Origin: Azolla caroliniana
Taxonomy: Eukaryota > Plantae > Polypodiophyta
Length of the DNA stretch: 64,000 nt
Assembly: GCA_043228905.1 (NCBI GenBank)
Contig: JBHGNT010000021.1
Coordinates: 7,378,001 to 7,442,000 of the forward strand
Direction of reading: 5' to 3'
In this document: positions 11,462-22,244 of the stretch, piece after piece
How positions within the stretch are numbered: the first letter of the stretch is position 1
How the letters are laid out: every line of letters starts with the position of its first letter
Made by a program: the position numbers and the translations under genes
The notes under the pieces: generated by a model
Databases searched by the model: none
Told to the model about the DNA's origin: nothing
What the model saw: only the letters and a program-made list of their open reading frames with translations

Positions 11462-14400
11462 ATGGGGGTTCCTAACGAGAGTGAGTTGTCAAGTAACTCA
11501 TGCATATCTGAAAGGACTAAGAGACGGTGGTTCTTCACATAGTCCGTTATTTGGTAGAAATAACGAAGAGATTTAGTGAAGAGGATCGTAGGGATATTAT
11601 CTGTAGAGTGTTACACCATCAAAGTTTGAATGAAGACATGGAGAGAATAAAATTTCGGGACCAATGTGTTTCAGAAGAGATTGTGGAGTCTATGAAGTCA
11701 TCCCTAGACTTAGTGAAAGGTGTAGAGAGCTTAGACAAACTTGCTGCAAAGAGGGCAGCCCTACACATGGTTGTGAACGGTGCGAGAGAAAAAAAATATA
11801 GTGATACTAAAGTTGCCTTAGCCCTGGGTATTCAAAGAAGGAACTTGAGGAAACATCGCCGAAATATACACTCAAGCAAATTCAAGTGGCTGGGGTCGGG
11901 ACGTAGACGACGATGTGATGCCTTATCTCAAGAGATTATTGAGAAAGTGGATTCATTTTGGGCCAAAAATACGCGTGTCTCACCAAATAAGAAGGACGTG
12001 TGTAGACAACGAATAAGTCAGGGTAAGTACCAGATTCACCCTAGACACTTCTTGGAGATGACAGAGGTATTCCATTTTTTTATATCAATTCACATTCCAT
12101 AACTTTGTGTTTTGACCAAGTGTATATTAATGTTTGCTATATATATTGGTTGATGTAGGCTGAATTGTACATGAACTTTAAAGACCAACATCCAAGCTTG
12201 ACTGTCAAATTCCGCAAGTTCCAAGGTTTGAAACCATTTTATGTTAGAAAATTAAATGAGAGGAATACATGTTGTTGTGTGTACCATGTGAAGATGGACA
12301 TGTTAAGGCTAGCAGTGAATGCAATGCGTACTGATTCTAAGGGTATACATGGGGAATTATGTGTCTGCACTTGTGAGATTTGTAGACCAAATGGGGAGGA
12401 TAATAGGTGTAATGCACGAAACATGACTTATGCATCCGTTTCTGAGCTATGGAGGTCTTGTGTTTGTGAAAAAGAACCATCATGTGAGTGGCATCGTCGT
12501 ACATGTCTATTAAGAACATGTAAGGTTTGTCCGCTACCATTATTTTGTAGGCAAGAGCTTGATATGGGAAATAGTCATATCGTGAAATGGAAATATTTGG
12601 AGTATGTGACTGAAAATATTGGTAAGGGAGTTGTAACTAAGCGTATAAAGGAAGTATATAAGGAGACATGTGCTGCTACCCTTGTCTCAGAATTTAAGAA
12701 ACAACTTGGGGAGTTTATTCCACATAACTTCCAGAGTTATTGGCAAAATTCACAGTTCAAGGAATGTATTAATAACTTACCAACGGGTGTCATTGTATCC
12801 GTTATTGATTTTGCAGAAAACTATACATTTAAAGTTCAAAATGAGGTTCAATCAATGCATTGGTACAATGATCAATGTACAATACTTGTACATATTTGCT
12901 ATTGGAGGCAAGACGACGAGTTACATAAGAAATCAATATTTTACATTTCAGATGATAAAAAGCATGATACACTATTTGTTCAACATTGTTTTAAGCTTCA
13001 CCATGCATATTTATTTTCTCTAGGGTTAACCTTTAACCGTCATTGGGTTTGGTCTGATGGTGCTGCCTCGCAGTTTAAGGCGGCACGATCGTTCTACTTT
13101 ATCGCCAGGTAATTTTTAATCCATATGTTTAGTACTTATCATGCAATGTGTAAGGAAGTAATTCTTGTGTTAGTGGATGCATACTAATTATGTTTGTAAC
13201 TATTAACAAACAGTACTAGTCACATGGATGCATACTAATTATGTTTGTAACTATTCGAATCTTGCACTTGTGAATGGATGCATGCATACTAATTTTGTTT
13301 GTATTATGTTGTACTAAGTAACTTTTAATCCATGTGAAGTGTTCTCCATAGACACATTGTACTATGTTGTGTTTACAGAAGGATGTAAAGTACTCATCTT
13401 GTACTCATAGTATTGTCCGTCCTTAAGAGAATTGTACTAATGATCTTTTTATCCATGTGAAGTGTTCTCCATAGACACATTGTACTATGTTGTGTGTATA
13501 GAAGGATGTAAAGTACTCATCTTGTACTTAGAGTATTGTCCGTCCTTAAGAGAATTGTACTAATTATGTTTTAATCCATGTGAAGGGTTCTCCATATACA
13601 CATTGTACTATGTTGTGTGTTGGTTTTGTACTATGTTGTGTTTACAAAAGGATGTAAAGTACTCATCTTGTACTCATAGTATTGTCCGTCCTTAAGAGAA
13701 TTGTACTAAGTATCGATTAATCCATGTGAAGGGTTCTCCATAGACACATTGTACTATGTTGTGTGTTGGTTTTGTACTATGTTGTGTTTACAAAAGGATG
13801 TAAAGTACTCATCTTGTACTTATAGTATTGTCCGTCCTTAAGAGAATTGTACTAATTATGTTTTAATCCATGTGAAGGGTTCTCCATAGACACATTGTAC
13901 TATGTTGTGTGTTGCATCTGTACTATGTTGTGTTTACAGGAGGATGTAAAGTACTCATCTTGTACAAATAGTATTGTCCGTCCTTAAGAGAATTGTACTA
14001 AATCAGTATTTACTCATGTTGTACTCATAGTATTGTACTCATCTTGTACTCATCTTTTAAACACACAGTGTGGTACTGATTATCTATTAATCAATGTTCA
14101 GCGTATCTATACTAAATCAGTGTTTATTGGGGGATGTAAAGTACATGTCTTGTAGTACTAATGATCTTCTAAGGAGGGTTGTGTTCTCCGTGGACACATT
14201 GTATTGTACTATCCGATATTGAACATTTTGTACTATTTATCTGTTAATACATGTAGAGTGCTTTCCATGAACTCATTGTACTATACTTTGTGCTATATCC
14301 ATACTAAGTTAGTATTAAATGGATGCCAGGTACTGTTGGTCGACAACATAGTACTATTTATCTTTTAATAAGTGTAGAGTGTTCTCAATGGATACGTTGT

Positions 14401-15393
14401 GCTATGCTTTGTTTTGTATTTGTACTAAATCAGTATTAATGGAAGTGTAGTACTCTCAATTGACAACATAGTACTAATTTTGTTGGAAACCTGAGATACC
14501 AAAGCAGGTATTTCTCCTTATTCAATATTCGTATGCAATGGAATTACTTCGGGTCTGGACATGGAAAAGGAGAGCATGATGGCGCGGGGGCTGTGATCAA
14601 ACGTGCCCTTACAAGTGAGCAGTTGGATAATAATGGCGCTAAGTTACAAAATGCACATGATGTTGTGCAGTGGCTAACATGGAAGATGTCAAATGATGGT
14701 AAGAACAAATTGTTTGTTGAAGTTCGCGCTGATGAGGTTGATAGAACTAAATCATATGGTTGTAAAACCGTGAAAGGCACACGCAGCACCCATTGTGTGT
14801 TAGGGTTTAGCCGCAAGGACACAACCCAATTGTTACTCCGTAGTTTATCATGCTTTTGTTCCATGTGTCTAGATGAAGCTTGGGATAAATGCATCAACCT
14901 ATCAATCGTGGAGCCCTGGAAGCTGCAGAAGCTTGAGCCTGAACGACAAGATGATATTGAAGAGGATGTGCATTCAAACGATATTGTATACTACAACCAA
15001 AATCAAGACTTGGCAGTTTTATTGGAAGTTGGAGATCATTTTGCAGTGCTCAAATATTCTCAGAATGAAGATTTAGAAGACTACTACATTGTGGTGTGCA
15101 AGCAAGGAAAGACATTATTGAAAGAAGTGGTGAGGGATGGTTGGGGCAACAATTTCAACGTTGGTGAGTCTGTCGTGTATGGAAACTATTATGCAAAGTT
15201 GCCGCAGTGCAAGAACACATATGCATTACTAAAAGAAGCACCCATCGCAATAATCTACGCTGATGCCATTCTTGCGATCAAATTCAATATGACTCAAGCA
15301 AAGCAGAAGGTTAAGGGATACAACACTGTCTACAAGGTCCCCCAAGAGGTTCATGAGCACATATTAGGGGAGGTCTCTCTATTTAATGCTTGA
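11462..15393 (+). CDS. Three-exon DDD transposase, Sola2-like (exons ~11462-12066, 12159-13108, 14508-15393), about 810 aa; apparent 1-bp frameshift near 11529
   Basis: GT-AG introns join in frame (EMTE|AELYM, FIAR|YFSLFNIRMQW); motifs IDFAENY, QNEVQSMHW, SDDKKHD, WSDGAASQFK, FGSGHGKGEHDGAG; Cys-rich segments. Confidence 0.88.
13327..14001. repeat. Tandem array of ~123-146-bp units (5 copies) in transposase intron 2, degenerate beyond
   Basis: Recurrent ATCCATGTGAAG...GGATGTAAAGTACTCATCTTGTAC...CCTTAAGAGAATTGTACTAA. Confidence 0.95.
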
Positions 15394-15538
15394 AAGTCAC
15401 CCTATCAATACATTGTACCAGAAAACTGAAAAACATCCACTTGGAGTTCACTATTAATTTTGATGATTGACAAATGAATTGATATATTTCGTCTTTCTTC
15501 CAAAGGGTTTATGCCTCTCAACCACTTGTACTTATCTT

Positions 15539-18500
15539 TCATAATATATTAGCTGTTGTCAACAGGACTTGGATTTCTTCATTGCCGATATTGCTCATGT
15601 TTCTTGATGTTATTTGAGCATAGGAGTTTTGCAGAGTTGGTGTGTCCTCTGTTGGCACATAAATCTGCTCTAGTTTTGCTACCAAGAGAAGATTGTTAGT
15701 TGAATTCATTAAAGACTTTAATATTGTAAGATTTTCTACTGTAAGTTCATTTTTCAAAGGGGGCGATGAATTCTGTGAAGACAGCAATGAAAATTATTCT
15801 CTCAGAATCCTTTTTTGTTTCATGATATGTCCTGTGAAGCCATCTGAGTTTTTACTTCTTGTATATAAGTCCTGAATATCCAGGCTATGGATTTTAAAGT
15901 ACAGACCTTCCTTTCCTTAACAAAATAATCCAACTTCTGAAACAATAATTTGTGATAGCTCAAAAAGGTAAGTGTTTCCTTACTACTGTTAGTGGATGAT
16001 TCATCCTTTGGGATGATATCATCAAAATATGGCCCACATTGCTTCAACAATTTGCACACATTCTGGTTACCCTCCAAATGGGATTGATGAAATAGTCTAT
16101 ACTTCAGTATATCTTCAATAACACCCGATATTTTTTGTTTCTCATCATCAACACCTAAAAACCTAAATTTTCCTAGCAAGGTAAGAAGACTTTCAAGCAT
16201 TTTATCTACAATAGACTGAAAGACTTTGCGAGGATTAGGAGATGATCTCAGAAAAGAAACAAAACGTTGTAAAATAAGAATACTTAGATCAAAAAGTATA
16301 TTCCCATTGTTTTTGATATATGTTGATGAGCAAAATATAGAAGCAATCCTTAAACATGAACTTGATTTCACACTGGTATAACTATTTCAGATTCATGAAC
16401 TGGATTTTTTACATTGGCAATTGAAACAGTATTTTGGTATCCAAATAGTTCAATTTCAGACATCACTAACAACTAAAGTTCAAGTACAATCGAAAGACAA
16501 TCAGGCACTAGACGGTAACTTGGCCGATCTTGTAATGCGCTTGTTGTTGGTGCCAGATTTTTCTGATTTTACATTCTTCTTTATCTTAAAGCCTTTAGGT
16601 ATGAGCTGACTAAGTGGCACTTCATCATCAGAGGCCTCAGAGACAGGCGTGGATGCGCGAGCACCTTGTACTGGTGGCAAGCTTGAGAGAGCAACTATGT
16701 TTTCTGCAATTGCAATGCTTGTACACAAATCCACAAAGGTGCTGTCGATAGACAAATTATCACTCATCTCCTGAATGCTTGTACTCCTAGCGATCTTTAT
16801 TGCCCTATCATCATCACCGATGCCTATACACTCGTTCTTATTAGACTCCTGTATGTGGCCCGTGGCAGTAGTCATGGTCAACTCCTCTTGTACGGTGGAT
16901 GTCACCTCATTCTTAAGACAATGTTGTTCGCTCTGAGTACAATCAGGCCCACCTTCATTAGTAACGTTGTTCGCTCTACACTCCTCATGGGATTCTGTAC
17001 AATCAGGCTTATCTTCAGGGAAAGCGATGTTCTTTCCACGATCCTCATGGGCTTCACAAGACACTACTAGCACATTCTCAGTACAATCAAGCTCCTCTTC
17101 ATTACTAGCAATGTTCTTTCCATGATCCTCATGGGAATCTTTAGATAGTACTAGCACATTATCAGTACAATCAGTCTTCTCTTCAGTACTTGCCATATTC
17201 TTCACAAGACACTACTAGCACATTCTCAGTACAATCAAGCTCCTCTTCATTACTAGCAATGTTCTTTCCATGATCCTCATGGGAATCTTTAGATAGTACT
17301 AGCACATTATCAGTACAATCAGTCTTCTCTTCAGTACTTGCCATATTCTTTCCACACTCTTCATGGGCTTCAATCTTCTCTTCAGTACTTGCCATATTCT
17401 TTCCACACTCATAGGCTTCTTTAGACATAGTGTTGTTTGTACATGCCAGCTGCTCTTCACATATGAATGCTTCGTTTTTCTCACAATCCTCATGTGTGGA
17501 AGATGTGCTTCCAGAGTCTGCCTCCTTGCAAAGGTTAATTTGATTCTGACTCTGATGGGAATCTGATTCTGCACTTGTGCTCCATGAAGTTCCCGATTCA
17601 TTTGATTGCAGTTGGGAATCAGACTGCTCTTGTAAACCTAATTAATGGGATTCCAAAGAATATTGGTATGAACTCACATACTCAAAAGTTTGCAAACAAT
17701 GAACATAGGGTTTAGGGCCACATTTTTACCTAATGTTACATTGTCATACTGTACAGCCGTAGATACCCCATTGCAAGTGGTGGGCTCGGTCATCTTCTCC
17801 ACAACATCTAGGTGCTCAACAGTGTTGTTATGATCTATAATAACAACAAAAATAGGGTTGTTATGAGCTAAATCATTGTTTTCAAAGTCTGGCTTTTGAC
17901 GTGTACCTGGGAGTGTTATAAATTCGTCTTCATGATTAGGTTTTGGACTCGTATCTCCGTCACCAAATATCATTTCATCATCAGCTAGTAACACAAGTAC
18001 ATGGTATTAGACAATGGATTAGGTTGACAATGCTCCAGACAGGTGAGAACTTATATGACTCACCATTGCATTCAACTTTGCCTTTCTTGCCGTTTCCATA
18101 CAACATTCTTGCAACATTTCTCTTCTTACTGGGCTCTATTTGTAAAGAAACTGCATTTCTCTTCTTAGTGGGCTCTATTTCTTGATGTTGACCGGAGCTT
18201 GGGGAATTTGTTTGTAGAAGCATATGTTCCACTGCTCCAATGGCCCTTCTCATACATTCATCCTCATCATAAAAATCATAGGTTATTGGTAATGATGGTC
18301 CTGAACCTTGGAATGTGCAGCAGATATTGAGGGTTTAGGCACAGGGGCTGGTTGTTCCATTACCTTCCCTGGTGTGGAGTTGCTTGACACTACAACATTC
18401 ATTGCAAGAAACAAAAAAACCTTAAATGTTAGTACCATCATCTAAAATATATAATGTAGGTCACAAGAGCTACTTCCCATTTTACACAATGTACCAATCA

Positions 18501-21193
18501 TGAACAATGTACTACTCACATAGTTCCTAAATTACTGAACTAGTACTAATAAGGAACACTGTACTGCTCACTTAGTTCCCAATTTACACGATTAGTACTA
18601 ATCATGCACAATATACACAAGTAGTACTAATCATGCACAATATACACAAGTAGTACTAATCATGCACAATATACTACTCACTTAGTTACCAAATTACACA
18701 AGTACTAATCCCGAAAAATGTACCACTGACTTAGTCAAATTTAATAAGTAGTACTAATCTTGAACAATGTACTACTCACTTATTTCCTAAATCACTGAAC
18801 TAGTACTAATCCCGAACAATGTACTGCTCACTTAGTTCCCAATTTACACAAGTAGTACTAATCATGCACAATATACTACTCACTTAGTTACCAAATTACA
18901 CAAGGAGTACTAATCCCGAACAATGTAATGCTCACTTAGTTCCCAATTTACACAAGTAGTACTAATCATGCACAATATACTACTCACTTAGTTACCAAAT
19001 TACACAAGGAGTACTAATCCCGAACAATGTACCACTGACTTAGTCAAATTACACAATTAGTACTAATCCTGAACAATGTACTACTCAACAATGTACCACT
19101 GACTTAGTCAAATTACACAATTAGTACTAATCCTACAAAATGTACTACTCACTTATTTTCTAGATTACTGATCTAGTACTAATAAGGTACAAAACTAGTA
19201 CTAATAAGGAACAAAGTACTACTCAGTTCCCAAATTACAAAACTAGTATTAATCATGAGCAATGTACTAGTAACTTAGTTCACAAAGTACAGAACTAGTA
19301 CTAATCATAAACCATGTAGTACTTACTAAGTACTAATCCAACAAATGTAGATTGGTATTTTGCACACAAGTAATACTAAACATGATATGTCTTCTACACA
19401 CCTAGTTACATAACTTGTACTAATTACACCAACAGTATTAATCTTGAACAGTATTAGTACTAAACGTGATATGTGTTTGACACACCTCATTTCCAAATTA
19501 CAATAATTGTACTATTATTCAGCAATTTACTATACACCTTGTTCCCAAATTACATTACTAGTACTAATTCCCAAGTTACACAAACAATACTAACAGTCAA
19601 CAGTGTACTATAAGTATAGTGTTTACTAAACTAATACTAGGCAAGTTGCAATATAGATTGGACGATGTTGTACCTGGTTCCCTTTTAGTACTACTAATTC
19701 TGGAAAATATCCCTTCAACTACACATACCAATTATATATTAAGAGTACTGCCAATACTAACCCACATAATTAGGGTTCCACATAATAGTTGTTAGAGATT
19801 ACACTAAATTTGAAGTATGAATTGTGGCATACACTAGTTCTAGTCCAAATGTTAATTGACATCATATAATACAAACAATAGAATAGTAGAGCCACATACC
19901 GTACGGGTGTACTTTTAAACCCCAAGCATAGTACCACTCAGCCGCAATTGTAGTTTTACAGTCCATACATGTATTCTCTTTCTCAAAATGATACTTAGCA
20001 CATAGCACATGATATGTGTGCAAGCATGGTGTAATCACAACATCCATAGCCTCCAGCTTGAATCCGAGGCCACAAAATATACACCTGGAAGATTGCAAAC
20101 ACAAGTTATAATATATTAGCTGCTCACTTATTTATACCAAAGAAGTAGAAATAAATAACTTTTAAAGCCAATACCGTGATATAGCTATACTAATAATGGT
20201 ACTTTCTATACCACTTGGGTGCTCAATTACAGATGGACACAAAGTATCAAAACCATTTTGTTTTAAATCCTGCATCAAGCATGCAAGGTTCTCAGAATGC
20301 AACTTTAAGGCTGACAACTTATTATCTATTTCTTCATGTACATTCCTGCAAGTATCAAGGTCTCTCATATGTGAACCTAATTGAGTGCCCAAATTGTTTA
20401 GCTCTTTCTTCAACTCCTCTTTCAACACCTCACTTTCTGAATTTTGGATTGTCGATGCAATCCATTCATATGTAGTTTTTATTGAAGAAAATTTCTTTTC
20501 TGCCTGTATCTCAGCTGATTTAACTGCTTCCAAATTAGCAAGTAGTGTTTGTATTCTTGAGCTCATAGAAGCTATGCAACCGGCCATCATCTGTTCATGC
20601 TTTTCAGTCATTGTGGCCCGTACCTTTGCCTCTAGAACTTGGTGGACAGGTGTTATAGCTAGAATATCCACATGAGAGGTTCCAGATGACTTCAAGCTAG
20701 TGTTGGTACTAGAGGACCCTTTGTAATGTTCTGACCGGTGCCGATTAAAATCTTCCCAATTTACGTCAATGCCACCTTGAACTTCACATGCAAAAGCACG
20801 TGCAAAAACAGTACCCACCTCATTGTTAGTGATTTGATTTGTATCATAAACATGTTCGTATCTCGTCTTCAATAAATTCATGTATTCCCTCTTCAAACCA
20901 CTTATGTGGAATCCTCGCCTTGTGTCGGGATGTGCTGACCCCCAGGTTTTTAACAACCACTCTCTCAGCTCTGGATACACGTCAGGTCGTGCTCGAAGGA
21001 AATAATTCCATCCAAGAGGTGTGTCTCGACTGATGGAGTGGTACATCTTCTTTCTCTGTGTTGATGAATTCATCACCCTTTCTCTTGTGGGTGTCTTCTT
21101 GCTTTCTTTCATGGGTGTCGTTCTTCCTTCCTTCACTGGTGTCTTCACTTTCTCTTTCATCAATGTCTTCTTTATGGGTGTCCTTCTCGTCAT
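15539..21193 (-). CDS. Multi-exon cargo gene of the DNA transposon: basic/Thr-Pro N-terminus, coiled coil, RING-H2 finger, acidic repeat region, possible C-terminal helical exons; probably frameshifted
   Basis: Exon 21193-20175 splices in frame (GT 20174...AG 20085) to exon 20084-19900, CIFC-x15-CLHTYHVLC-x10-CMDC; further same-strand ORFs 17981-18253, 17674-17994, 17183-17428, 16501-17205, 15820-16371, 15539-15787. The 3' exon linkage is inferred. Confidence 0.7.
16950..17420 (-). repeat. Coding tandem repeats (GKNMASTEEK / DCTENVLV units); one imperfect duplication shifts the frame near 17200
   Basis: Repeated peptides in ORFs 16501-17205 and 17183-17428. Confidence 0.85.
18480..19570. repeat. 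~52-bp AGTACT-containing tandem array in a cargo-gene intron
   Basis: AGTACTAATC recurring at 18854, 18906, 18958, 19010 and others. Confidence 0.9.
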
Positions 21194-22196
21194 TGTCCTA
21201 GTCAACACAATTCTCAGGGAATGAATATGCATGTACTAGAAGAAAACTCAAGCAATTACCATCAACACATAGCAAATCATCACATTGCATGTACAAACCA
21301 TGTCAAACACACAATAACCCTAAATAGTCAGAAAAAAACTCATCCATGTCAAACACACAGACAATAAAAACAGACGGATAGGAAAGTCAAAGAAAACGAA
21401 AACATTGTAAATCATCATAGCCAACTCCATCACATCGCATGTACAAGCCATGTCAAACACACAAAAACCCAAAATAGTCGGAAAAACACTCATCCATGTC
21501 AAACTCACACAAAATAAAACAGATGGACAGGAAACAAGAACAAAACGAAAACATAGCAACTCATCATAGCCAACTCCATTTACGTGGCATGTACAAACAT
21601 GTCTAACACACAACCACCTCGATCAAAATATTGTCATACATTTTTAAAAGAAACACAGAGAAACACAGAGAAAACAAAAACATACCAGTTGGGCATGCAA
21701 CACATAGACTATGAATAATCAAACCCTAAAAATGACCATACACATGCAAATAAAAAACAGACAGACAGGAAACATTCAGAAAAAGAAAACATAACAGTTG
21801 GGCATGCAACACAGAGAATACCTGGAGGTCGTACAACTTGCAGAGGTACCACACCGTGTTGATTTCGACAAACGAGGCTGCTGCAGAGGAGACAAATGAG
21901 CATAGACAGAGGAAACAAACGAGCATACACAAGGAAGGAAAATCAACAACACATACAACGAGCAGGGGAAACAAAAATCTCTGTGTTCAGAGATCGAACC
22001 TGGCACAGAGGGGAACACAAGAACAGCTATGCGGGGAAACAGAGAATCGAAGGTGGAGTGAGAGAGAGAAACAGAAAGAAAGAAAGAAACAGAGCTTTGA
22101 AGGTGGAGTGAGAGAGAGAAAGAGAGAGATAGACCTGTAATAGATATGTCGTCTTTCTTTAACTTTCTGTCACTGTCTGTCTGACAACTTCGAGAC

Positions 22197-22244
<48 letters not shown>

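Noticed and set aside
15539-21232. Ordinary host gene island
   Set aside because: Enclosed by matching TIRs that interrupt a single LTR, so it arrived with the transposon; ultimate host origin is not excluded
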